Source: Lachnospiraceae bacterium (GTDB lineage: Bacteria > Bacillota > Clostridia > Lachnospirales > Lachnospiraceae). From it: a DNA stretch of 64,000 bases. This document shows positions 20,901-29,034 of this stretch, one piece after another (the stretch's first letter is position 1; every line of letters begins with the position of its first letter). Location of the stretch: assembly GCA_016281385.1 (NCBI GenBank), contig JAEEIN010000062.1, positions 1,494 to 65,493 of the forward strand, in the 5' to 3' direction. The notes under the pieces were generated by a model that saw only the letters and a list, made by a program, of their open reading frames with translations, did no database searches and was not told the DNA's origin. Made by a program: the position numbers and the translations under genes.

Positions 20901-21050
20901 CTTGACATGGACGGCATGGAAAAATGCGGCGAGGAACTTGCAGGCTATTCATATCCCGAGGACAGGAAAGCCGGCGTTGAGAGAGTTTGCAAAGCCATCG
21001 AAAGAATGGACACGGAGGCCTGTGAAGAGGCAATAGAGGAATTTAAATAA
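17907..21050 (+). CDS. Hybrid sensor histidine kinase (multi-TM sensor, HisKA, HATPase, REC, Hpt)
   Basis: FLANMSHELRTPMN, QILINLANNAVKFT and GTGLGLAIS; REC ILVVDDN...LILMDHMMP; Hpt HALKSTSRQIGA. Confidence 0.92.
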   Translation: MNVSVFFYVSIVLCILAVIFGLRAQRKNPGYIVTTLLLIIMDIICIRLIACSSVREAGTLFFLYYFIQAWMFVTTFWTIKGMFLKRYFRGFLIAFLINSAISTAELILCFNTPRVLAFDREISFGKLWWVAHDMIAGPPQLISIRAFGLLCSASSILMMVFFIVCTVGTQRIFRGKYLVLTIFQMVIVAMGIISSALHLPVWIMTMVMNPICYLTYYYVFAYSRLKLRDRVIESFADEMSDGLILYDMFDELIHANSLIKTKLTAELLEDIKDINKLEELLSHTETVESKEVFPYRYLDKTLYFTVHKKVLGEGKNFVGTVFILHDSTNSILQIRMIEEVNRELEQTTRMKSDFLANMSHELRTPMNAVIGLTQIALKEELSDRARDCLKQISSSGKNLLNIINDILDYSKIEAGKMEIFPDAYEPCSEIYDIANILQSRVGDKDIELFFLVDTNLPHELIGDSMRIRQILINLANNAVKFTDYGYVMITLDCENISDDEVMLTYHICDTGQGIKEMDLQKLFTSFQQVNSKRNRTVEGTGLGLAISKSLCEAMGGEIGVNSEYGKGSDFWFRLPQKISDPTRELVIENASDKFGFCINEKENMTEEFTEELRRLGIENRLIKDVSEYKPTGKQDYLFIEDILWSPKTEWFAEEHPDVKIVVLTRFDSDFKCEKKNVIIMHRPQTTLAMVMVLNGRSIESYNQGDAYNVRQTFEAPGARILVVDDNAVNLSIVEGLMEPLKIESVLVESGTEALKVLRKEHFDLILMDHMMPGMDGIDTTKAIREEIPEVSDVPIVALTANVMEGSKAMFIEAGMVDLIPKPIEIRQLYAKLRNWLPKDKIKEVAESEAAKERSEEEVLFACLDCDRAIKGLGSESLFKKIVFEYYKNAPEIRNSIVTAFEKEDWANYAIETHALKSTSRQIGAFDLGDLAEKLEYAGKSRDLEKIRELNPVALQVYDKLIEDLSAYFNEETERKDLPMITEGKLFEIFEKLKEACDELDMDGMEKCGEELAGYSYPEDRKAGVERVCKAIERMDTEACEEAIEEFK

Positions 21051-21065
21051 AAAGAGGTGTAAAAA

Positions 21066-22283
21066 GTGAAAAGAAGGATCATATCCATAATTACCATCAT
21101 ATGTATGATCGCATCCCTGACGGGCTGCGCAGGCAAAGGCGGAGGAACAAAACTGACCCTTGCTTTAAGAGCGGGAACATATTCCGAAGTTATCAAATCC
21201 TGTCTTGCGGAGTTTGAAGCGGAAAACGGAGTTACCTGTGAGGTATTTGAGCTTTCCGAGGATGACCTCCACAGTTACGTGTTAAATGACATTGTAAGCC
21301 GGCACGGTGCATACGATCTTTGCATGGTGGACGGTTCCTGGGTAAGTGAATATCTCTCGGAAGGTGTGCTGGCGGACCTTGGAAAGCTGGGCTATTCTCT
21401 TGACGATGACATCATTCCCGCAACAACGACCATCTGCGTTCATGGCGGAACTACTTATCTTGTTCCCTATTACGGAAATGTGACGGTCATGATGTATAAC
21501 AGGGATATCGCAGAAGAACTTGGATATGGCAGTGATGATTTTTCTTCCCTTGACGACCTGCTTGATTTCTGCGAAGCGGCAAAGGCTGCGGGACACGGCG
21601 GTTTTGCATACAGAGGCGATACAGAGAACAACATGGTGGTGGACTTTCTGCCGATCTTAAGAGCCTTCGGCGGCTGGGTCATCGACGACGACAATGATCC
21701 CACCATTGATACGGATACCTTTAAAAATGCAATGGAATTCTACAGAAAGCTTGCAGCTACAGGCAAAGCCATGGCCAAGGATGAACTTATAGCGGCTATC
21801 GAGAGCGGCGACGCAGTTGCGGCAGTGGGCTGGCCCGGATGGTACAAAGCTGAAAATACCTCTTCCGAATACATCTCTTTCCCGGGAAGGGTGAGTGATG
21901 ATTCCGAAAACTACAACTCAAACATTTACGGGATATGGACTTTGGGAATACCCGACAACTCCGCCAACAAGGACCTTGCCTGCAAACTTCTTACATATCT
22001 TATGGATAAGGAAGTCCAGAAGAAAACCATCGACATAGGGGGCGTTCCCTGCCGTTATTCTTCCTTAAAGGATCAGGCTGCCATCGCCAAGGATCCCCAT
22101 CTTGAGGTAATCGGTACAGCCCTTGAAAACGGCATTTACAGACCTGTCATCAGCGAATGGCCCGGGTTTTATACCATTCTCGGCAGTGAGATGATGAAGA
22201 TCATGAATGACAGCGTCACCGTTGAAGACGGACTTATGCTGGCGGAAGATGAACTTGACGTGCTGATGGGTACTAAGAGATAA
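21066..22283 (+). CDS. Sugar-binding lipoprotein (SBP_bac_1/8)
   Basis: GTG start with RBS AGAGG; lipobox LTGC; YDLCMVD..W, VPYYGN...MYNRD motifs. No permease genes adjacent. Confidence 0.82.
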   Translation: MKRRIISIITIICMIASLTGCAGKGGGTKLTLALRAGTYSEVIKSCLAEFEAENGVTCEVFELSEDDLHSYVLNDIVSRHGAYDLCMVDGSWVSEYLSEGVLADLGKLGYSLDDDIIPATTTICVHGGTTYLVPYYGNVTVMMYNRDIAEELGYGSDDFSSLDDLLDFCEAAKAAGHGGFAYRGDTENNMVVDFLPILRAFGGWVIDDDNDPTIDTDTFKNAMEFYRKLAATGKAMAKDELIAAIESGDAVAAVGWPGWYKAENTSSEYISFPGRVSDDSENYNSNIYGIWTLGIPDNSANKDLACKLLTYLMDKEVQKKTIDIGGVPCRYSSLKDQAAIAKDPHLEVIGTALENGIYRPVISEWPGFYTILGSEMMKIMNDSVTVEDGLMLAEDELDVLMGTKR

Positions 22284-22321
22284 TATTTTACGTAAAAACA
22301 ACGAAACGGCTGGAATGATAT

Positions 22322-23206
22322 ATGGATCTGAGTACATACGAAACCTATGAATTTGACAATGTAAGTGCTTTTAACATGTCTACGGGCTACAAGGAGCGAA
22401 GCTACAAATATCATTGGCATTCCTACGGCGAGATCATTCTTGTGGGACCCGGAAAAACAAACATCTTCAGGGTGGGCAGGGAAACCTACAATCTTGTGGA
22501 AGGGGATTTTGTTCTTGCATGGCCCATGGAGATGCATTCCATCGTGGATGCGGACAGACAGGAATCCCTGGTCATTCAGTTCAGCAATGCCTTCATGAAT
22601 TCCCTTTTCGATCTTCGGAGGATAATGCATCTTTACAGAAACCTTCATGTGGTATGCGTCAACTCCCATCCGGAACTTGCGGCGGAGCTTAAAGAGATAG
22701 CCATGCAGATGAAGAAGACCTTCTTTTCGGAAAAAGAAGACAGGGAGATCCGATGCTGTATGCTCCTTATGGAGTTCATGCTTAAACTGAGTGAATACAG
22801 AAACGAACTGATCCCGGATATGAACGAGGAACATGCGGGGATCTATAACAGCGATGTCATGCACCGCATGGTGATGGTTACGGAATATATAAAGAACAAT
22901 CTTACCGCAGATGATCTGTCCCAGGGCACCATGGCAGAAATGGCGGGGATCAGTCGTGATTATTTTTCACGTATCTTTAAGAACGTAACGGGTATGAATT
23001 ACAGCAAATGGCTTAACTTGATAAGGCTGGATCGCGCATCGGAACTTCTTTCGAAGGAAAAGATCACTTTAACCGAAGTGGCCATGCTTTCGGGCTTTCA
23101 GAGTATCCCCAGCTTCAACCGCGTATTCAGGGAAGAAAAGGGAATGTCCCCCGGTGAGTATCGTGCCCTGTTCGAAAAAGAAGGCTTTTACGAAATGAAG
23201 AATTAA
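22322..23206 (+). CDS. AraC-family transcriptional regulator (cupin + HTH)
   Basis: HWHSYGEI cupin; YFSRIFK and GFQSIPSFNRVFREEKGMSPGEYR. Confidence 0.92.
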   Translation: MDLSTYETYEFDNVSAFNMSTGYKERSYKYHWHSYGEIILVGPGKTNIFRVGRETYNLVEGDFVLAWPMEMHSIVDADRQESLVIQFSNAFMNSLFDLRRIMHLYRNLHVVCVNSHPELAAELKEIAMQMKKTFFSEKEDREIRCCMLLMEFMLKLSEYRNELIPDMNEEHAGIYNSDVMHRMVMVTEYIKNNLTADDLSQGTMAEMAGISRDYFSRIFKNVTGMNYSKWLNLIRLDRASELLSKEKITLTEVAMLSGFQSIPSFNRVFREEKGMSPGEYRALFEKEGFYEMKN

Positions 23207-23217
23207 AAAATTTCCTG

Positions 23218-23270
23218 TTGACAGGACCGGTCTATTGCAGTAGACTTACATTAAGTCGATTGCAATAGAC
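23218..23270 (+). promoter_or_regulatory. Sigma-A promoter with tandem palindromic BlaI-type operators
   Basis: TTGACA (23218), 17 nt, TAGACT (23241). GTCTATTGCAGTAGAC (23230-23245) and GTCGATTGCAATAGAC (23255-23270) each differ by one base from the palindrome GTCTATTGCAATAGAC. Confidence 0.8.
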
Positions 23271-23321
23271 CATTTTTGTTTTTATGAAGGTTTCGCTCAT
23301 TTGCGAAATTCGGAGGTAATT

Positions 23322-23687
23322 ATGGAACACGAAAAGCTTTTTGAAGGCGAATACAGATTCATGCAGCTTATTTGGGACAAGGCTCCCGTCAATTCGGGAG
23401 AGCTGGTAAAGATGTGCGAGACCGCCTTCGAGTGGAAGAAATCAACTACTTATACGATGATAAAGAAGCTTTGTGAGAAGGGATACATCGCAAACAAGGA
23501 TGCGATGATCACGGTCCTTATCGGACGTGATACCGCGCAGACCGAGGTTTCAAGAGACTTTGTCGACAGAACTTTTTCGGGATCGATCTTTGATATGTTC
23601 ACCGCTTTTTACGGCGGCGAGAAGATCTCCGAGGAGGAAGCAAAGAAACTAATAGACCTCATCGACATGCACAGGGAGGGGAAATAA
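23322..23687 (+). CDS. BlaI/MecI/CopY family repressor
   Basis: LFEGEYRFMQLIW, WKKSTTYTMIKKLCEKG and FVDRTFSGS motifs; RBS GGAGG. Confidence 0.9.
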   Translation: MEHEKLFEGEYRFMQLIWDKAPVNSGELVKMCETAFEWKKSTTYTMIKKLCEKGYIANKDAMITVLIGRDTAQTEVSRDFVDRTFSGSIFDMFTAFYGGEKISEEEAKKLIDLIDMHREGK

Positions 23688-25216
23688 TGAACTGGCTTGA
23701 TACGATCTTAAACGAAGCGGTTCCCGCTTATCTTAACCGGAATGTGTCATTTGTTTTGTTTTTCGCGGTGATAATGCTCGCAAGGCTGACATTGACAAAA
23801 TTTCCGAAGAAGTATTCATATATGCTCTGGGGATTTTTGGGCATCAAAGCGGTATTTGATTTCGGTTTTACTCTGAAACTCGGAGAGTTTACTCATAAAG
23901 CCGGCGCAACGATGGTCGAAAAGGGCGAAGCGGTTTATGTGGGCAGGAAGGTCGGCGAACTTTTGCCTGTTTCCGAAAAGATTGCTGTTTCCGGCGAAAG
24001 TATTGCCGCGGGGAATCATTATATGCAGTACGTGATCCCCGGCATCTGGGCATTGGGTGTTATTCTTATACTCGCCTACGGTCTCATGGGATATGTGCGC
24101 TTAAAGCGCAGGGTGAAGCTTTCATTCGCAAACGGGAACGGTACTTATTCATGCGATTATATAGAATCTCCCATGGCATTCGGCATTTTGTCTCCCAGGA
24201 TCTACATTCCGACGGGTGTGGACGCTTCCGGCCTCGATCATGTCATCGGACATGAGATGGTGCATTTAAGGAGGCATGATACGCTGTTTAAGCTTCTGGC
24301 CTATCTGATCCTTGCATTTTACTGGATCAATCCCGTGGCCTGGCTTGCGTTTAAGTTCTTCAACCTTGACATGGAATTGTCCTGCGATGAGGCAGTCCTC
24401 AAAAAGGCCGACACCAAGGCGATAGAAAATTACGGAAAGTGGCTCGTGTTCTTTGCATCTAACGGAAAGGTATTCGGCCCACTCCCCACTGCCTTCGGGG
24501 AGACCGATATCGAAAAGAGGGTAAAGAATATGAAAAAAGACAAGAAGATAAAGGGCGCACTTGCCATAGTGGCATCCCTTATAGTTGCGGTAACGGCGAT
24601 CCTTTGCATGCTGAAGGCTCCCGAAGTTTTTGCAAAACAGTCGGATAAGACGACGATCCTCTCAGCAGAAAGCGTATCCGGCAGCGACATTTCCACGGGT
24701 GAAGACGTTTCGGAAGAAGAAAATGACCCGGAAGAAGAGAATGACGAGGCAGAGGCCGCGGAAACCGAAACTGCCGAGCCCGAAGAAGCTCCTTCCGAGC
24801 TTGTTGCAACCGATGAGACATGGCTATGGCCCATGGAGACTAAGGGATTCATAACCAGCGGTTTCGGAGAAAGAAAGCCACTTAGCGGTGAAGAGGGTGA
24901 AACCCAATATCACGACGAAGTGGATGTGGCCGCCGAGGAAGGAACTGCCGTACTTGCAGCCCGCTCCGGTATTGTGGAAGAAGCCGGATGGGATTTTGAA
25001 GACGGTTACCGCGTAACCATCAAAGTGGATGACTCCGTTAAGATCGTTTACAGCCATTTGCTTGAGGAGTTAAGCGTTAAAGCGGGTGATCCTGTAGAGC
25101 AGGGTACAAAGGTCGGAGAAGTCGGTTCAACGGGACTTTCCACCGGTCCTCATCTCGCCTTTAAGATAATCGTAGACGGTGCTGCCGTCGATCCGATGCA
25201 GTTTTTTGAAGAATAG
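23687..25216 (+). CDS. BlaR1-like M56 peptidase fused to a C-terminal M23 (LytM) domain
   Basis: SPMAFG...PRIYIP, HEMVHLRRHD, WINP and ELSCDE (M56); acidic linker; WLWP..GFITSGFG, HDEVD, YSHL and GSTGLSTGPHLAF (M23). Confidence 0.88.
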   Translation: MNWLDTILNEAVPAYLNRNVSFVLFFAVIMLARLTLTKFPKKYSYMLWGFLGIKAVFDFGFTLKLGEFTHKAGATMVEKGEAVYVGRKVGELLPVSEKIAVSGESIAAGNHYMQYVIPGIWALGVILILAYGLMGYVRLKRRVKLSFANGNGTYSCDYIESPMAFGILSPRIYIPTGVDASGLDHVIGHEMVHLRRHDTLFKLLAYLILAFYWINPVAWLAFKFFNLDMELSCDEAVLKKADTKAIENYGKWLVFFASNGKVFGPLPTAFGETDIEKRVKNMKKDKKIKGALAIVASLIVAVTAILCMLKAPEVFAKQSDKTTILSAESVSGSDISTGEDVSEEENDPEEENDEAEAAETETAEPEEAPSELVATDETWLWPMETKGFITSGFGERKPLSGEEGETQYHDEVDVAAEEGTAVLAARSGIVEEAGWDFEDGYRVTIKVDDSVKIVYSHLLEELSVKAGDPVEQGTKVGEVGSTGLSTGPHLAFKIIVDGAAVDPMQFFEE

Positions 25217-25222
25217 GTCGAA

Positions 25223-25256
25223 AAAAACGTTCCGGTGTTTAAACCGGAACGTTTTT
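25223..25256. terminator. Bidirectional terminator between convergent genes
   Basis: AAAAACGTTCCGGT-GTTTAA-ACCGGAACGTTTTT. Confidence 0.85.
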
Positions 25257-26798
25257 CTATTTTGCTCTGAGTTTTATGACTACTACATCATTCACCATCT
25301 TTACAGATCCGTCATCGGGATAGAAGGGCATTTCTTCAATGGCATCCGTATCGGAGATATCGGATATTTCAGCAAATCCCGGTTCAAAGCCCGTAAGGAC
25401 GGTCATAAGATTGAGCCAGTTATAGTCAGTTGTAAGAGAATCGATATTGTAGGGATAAACATTCACCTCCTGAGCAAATTCGGGATAAGTGAATACCGTA
25501 TCTTCAAGGCTGTGATCATAGTTTACGAAGAGGACCGGTGTCTGTGAGGTGTAACCGGGAACGGATTGGATCCGGGTCACCATGGTGGTGAAATAGGATC
25601 CGGCGGCCTCCTGCATGAAATCGGCCTTAAGATAGCATATATTTGAAAGTCTGGAATACATCAGTGCAAAGAAAAGAATCACACAAGGAACCGATGATGC
25701 GGCTATACGTTTTGCTCTTTCCTGCTTGAGACCTGACAGGATCGATCCGGACCTTTCCGACAATGAGATGAGTACGGGGAAAAACAGACATTCGCAATAC
25801 ATCATCAGAGTGTAGATATCTTCCGAAACGATAACGTAGACAACATTGAATGCAAGGGGGAGCAAGGCGGAAGAAATGAGCATCAGAATACCTGCCGCAG
25901 CATTTTTCTTTATCCTCTTTGCCGAAAGGTATACCGTCAGTACCATCCAGACGATCAGAAGAATAAAATAAAGATATCTCAAAAGGCCGGGGTACATATT
26001 GTCGGTGGAATGAGAAGGGATAAAGAAACGGCTGTAAGCCGTAAGCACTCCGCCAAGTTTTGAAAGGATTCCGCTTCCTTCGGATGAGATCCCGCGATAA
26101 CCGGAGAGAGTGGTGCTGTAGTGTTTAAGGCAGACAAAGAGACAAATGCCGTAAACGGCCATGATGGCGGCGGCTGAAAGTATATAATACAGAGCGCGGA
26201 AAATAAGATCCTTAAAGCTTTCTTTTTCTTCGCTGTCGTTGCATTCATAAAAATAACAGATCAGGAAAAGGGCAAGAAATACCGAGATGTATGCCTGATA
26301 GATTCCGACACCGCAGGCAACCTGGAACATGCCGATGATCCGATACGGCCATTTAGCGCTTTTGCAGATAAGGCAAGATCCCAGAACCGTGATGAACAGA
26401 CCGAAACTGTAAACCCCTGCTGTAAACATAAAAGCATAAAGGCTGATCATTGCGGGGAAGGTGACCATAACGGCGCCGATGGCGACACATCCGCAAGGAT
26501 TCTTTATTTTGAAAAACTCCGTAACAAGTACGGCTGAAAGAGCAGTAAAAACAAGGGAAATGACTCCGATGAACAAAGGCGCGGGATAGTGAAGCCAGTT
26601 GCCGGTTATCTTGTTAAGAAAGGCCGATACCAGTCCAAGCATCCATCTTCCGGAGGAAAAGGTTCCGCCAAAATAGAAGTTGTAGACATTGTCATGGATC
26701 TGGAAATTATGAAAATAAACATATCCGTGGGCAAATATTCCGCAGATCATTGCGGCGAGGAATGTTGTTTTACAGTTCTTTTTATCGATGTTGTTCAC
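25257..26798 (-). CDS. GtrII-like (Glucos_trans_II) integral membrane glycosyltransferase
   Basis: About 10-11 TM segments; HDN...SSGRW, GIYQAY and C-terminal MPFYPDDGSVKMVNDVVVIKL typical of this family. Confidence 0.75.
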   Translation of the reverse strand: MNNIDKKNCKTTFLAAMICGIFAHGYVYFHNFQIHDNVYNFYFGGTFSSGRWMLGLVSAFLNKITGNWLHYPAPLFIGVISLVFTALSAVLVTEFFKIKNPCGCVAIGAVMVTFPAMISLYAFMFTAGVYSFGLFITVLGSCLICKSAKWPYRIIGMFQVACGVGIYQAYISVFLALFLICYFYECNDSEEKESFKDLIFRALYYILSAAAIMAVYGICLFVCLKHYSTTLSGYRGISSEGSGILSKLGGVLTAYSRFFIPSHSTDNMYPGLLRYLYFILLIVWMVLTVYLSAKRIKKNAAAGILMLISSALLPLAFNVVYVIVSEDIYTLMMYCECLFFPVLISLSERSGSILSGLKQERAKRIAASSVPCVILFFALMYSRLSNICYLKADFMQEAAGSYFTTMVTRIQSVPGYTSQTPVLFVNYDHSLEDTVFTYPEFAQEVNVYPYNIDSLTTDYNWLNLMTVLTGFEPGFAEISDISDTDAIEEMPFYPDDGSVKMVNDVVVIKLRAK

Positions 26799-26914
26799 GT
26801 CGGTCTCCCCTGATATCGAAAGGTTTTATCAGAGACTATCATATAACAGGAAAATATCTAAGTAAAGTTTCTGAAAAGAGCCGGGGTGTTAAGCCCGGGA
26901 TCGTTCTGAACCAT

Positions 26915-28822
26915 TTATCGGAATTCTCCGTTTTCGTAATCAAGAATGATGGCTTCCGCACCGGGAGTCATGACGCTTGCTCCGGCATTGTTTACCACAT
27001 GTTTCATACCGGGATTTCCGGTGAGCATTACGGTTATCACATGATGGAGGGAAACTCCTTTCCTGTCGGGGAGCTCTATCGCACTTTCGAGAAGGACGGG
27101 AACATCGCGGTTATAGAGGTAAATACCTATGCCCTCTCCGTGAAAGTCCTTAACGTCATCGTTTACGAAGATGGAAGCATATCCGTGACGCTTTCCGTCC
27201 CTGCTCATCCATACTTCCTGTGAGGTTACGTCATAGGGGATTTCGCTCTGGTACATATAAAGACTTCCGCCTTCGCCGTTCCATACGGTCTGGTATTCGT
27301 GGAAATGCTCCACCATAAGCGCATACATGGTCACGTTGTTTCCGTTTATCACGATACCGTTTTCGGTTTTGTTCTTATCCCATGCCACCTGATCGCCGTG
27401 ATCGGCTCTCCATACCCAGAGATTGTCACCGATGACATTGTCCGCATCTATAGTTATGCAGCGTTTTGCTTCAGCCGGTTTATCCGTTGGTGTTCCTCCG
27501 ACACGGAAGTAAAGATCGTTAAGTACCACATTTTCACCGTGACCTATGTGAAGAAGATTTTCCGAAACATGGACAGCTCCGCCGATATCCTTAAGTGCGG
27601 GACCTGCGTCAAACAAAAGACCGCAAAGCATTATGTTATCACCCTTTGTTTCTATGCACACATTACCCGCTACGGCCTTAAGGCTTGCAAGTCCAAGCCC
27701 CAAAAGGATCCGATCGTTTTGATCTGCGACTATGGGTTCGTCTAATTCATAAACCCCGGGAGTAAAAAGAATATTCTTTCCCTTCTTCAGGGCTTCATTT
27801 ATGGTGACGGCGGTATCTTCATCGGGAAAGGCGATGTACCAGCCCGTCATTTTGCCGATGGTGCCAAGTTCGGAAGGAAAATCCGAAAACCTTGTTTTTG
27901 TTTCAGGGGAGATCGAATCGGCATATTCCCTTATCTTGTCAACATCCCATCCGACGGAATCGTAATCAACTTCGCCTGCATCCGCCCAGGAAATACCAAC
28001 AGCGTTGTTTCTTCTTGCGGGAACCATTATTCCGGGGCCTTCCTTGGATTCGGGATCGGGCCAAAGGAGGAGAGGCTTGTCCTGAATCGTCGGTGCCTCG
28101 GAAACGGTTGTGTATGCAAGAAGGGGCCAGGTTCCCGTGGGGAGGCCGGAAGGTTCATCCCCAACAAAGACCATGTTCCAGTTCTCGTTCATCCAGGTGT
28201 GATATTGGTTGTTTCTGGAAAGCCACTGCTGCTGAGAACCGGAATCGATCATGGCAAGTATCCTGCTGTCGGAAAGGAAGCCACCGCTTGCCCATCCGAA
28301 GTTGTCATGAAGATGGAGAGATCCGTCGATCTGAACCCTGCGCATGTCGGTGGCCTGAGAGACCGCCCACATGGTATTTGAAAGGATCTCCACATTTTCA
28401 ACGCTTCGCCAGAAATTCTGAGTCGCATTGTGATTGTGATCGTCTCCAAGCCAGGTGGCACTGCAGTTTATTTTTCCTATCTTAACATCCGTGGGCATGA
28501 GCCCCAGGCCCAGAACCTGTGTGTAGAAGCCCACATTTACGGTTATATCTTCGTAATTACCCGGGAAAAAACAAAAAGCGTAGCGTTCTTCCCCAAACTG
28601 GTTTGTTTCCTGTTTTCCGTAAACGGAATCGATGATCTTCTGAATTTGTGAATGATCGTCGCTTTCCCTGAAAAGAAATACATTCTCTCCGAGAAGCTTT
28701 GTGTGAAAATCTTTGATGTTCATTTTTTCTTTCTCCGTTCTGTGAATTGTGATCCCCGCAAGGAAGATCAGTGGGATTGCGATCAGTATCGCCGCAAGTG
28801 CCATAAATCCGCGATCTTTCAT
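26915..28822 (-). CDS. Bacterial GH55-like exo-beta-1,3-glucanase, membrane-anchored
   Basis: N-terminal TM; QETNQFG..RYAF.F.PG, VGFYTQVLGLG, NATQNFWRSVEN, WAVSQA, GWASGGF, SGSQQQW, WVWRADHG, VEHF and YQSEIPYD. Confidence 0.82.
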   Translation of the reverse strand: MKDRGFMALAAILIAIPLIFLAGITIHRTEKEKMNIKDFHTKLLGENVFLFRESDDHSQIQKIIDSVYGKQETNQFGEERYAFCFFPGNYEDITVNVGFYTQVLGLGLMPTDVKIGKINCSATWLGDDHNHNATQNFWRSVENVEILSNTMWAVSQATDMRRVQIDGSLHLHDNFGWASGGFLSDSRILAMIDSGSQQQWLSRNNQYHTWMNENWNMVFVGDEPSGLPTGTWPLLAYTTVSEAPTIQDKPLLLWPDPESKEGPGIMVPARRNNAVGISWADAGEVDYDSVGWDVDKIREYADSISPETKTRFSDFPSELGTIGKMTGWYIAFPDEDTAVTINEALKKGKNILFTPGVYELDEPIVADQNDRILLGLGLASLKAVAGNVCIETKGDNIMLCGLLFDAGPALKDIGGAVHVSENLLHIGHGENVVLNDLYFRVGGTPTDKPAEAKRCITIDADNVIGDNLWVWRADHGDQVAWDKNKTENGIVINGNNVTMYALMVEHFHEYQTVWNGEGGSLYMYQSEIPYDVTSQEVWMSRDGKRHGYASIFVNDDVKDFHGEGIGIYLYNRDVPVLLESAIELPDRKGVSLHHVITVMLTGNPGMKHVVNNAGASVMTPGAEAIILDYENGEFR

Positions 28823-28856
28823 AGATTCCTTCTCCTTTTGGCTGCTTTACGGCTTA

Positions 28857-28985
28857 AGGTTAAGGCAAAAAGGAAGAGCTTATAAGGCTGTTTTTTATAA
28901 GTTGGTGTCTTTTTTTTATTTGCTGAAAAAATAACACTTTTTCAAAAAAACTGACCTTAATGACAATAGAAGGTTTCTCTATCAT
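28857..28985. promoter_or_regulatory. Divergent promoters of GH55 and GH94, each with an A-tract + A(T/A)(G/A)ACAC box
   Basis: Minus strand: AAGACAC (28911-28905) with TAACCT at 28862-28857. Plus strand: ATAACAC (28931) with TATCAT at 28980. Both offsets are 49 nt. Confidence 0.6.
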
Positions 28986-29034
28986 TGGGATGTGTTCTTA
29001 TGGTAAAATCCATAGTAACGGAGGCAGAGACGAC

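Noticed and set aside
24700-24800. Glu/Asp-rich low-complexity stretch in the M56-M23 protein
   Set aside because: It is an ordinary flexible linker with no discrete repeat unit.
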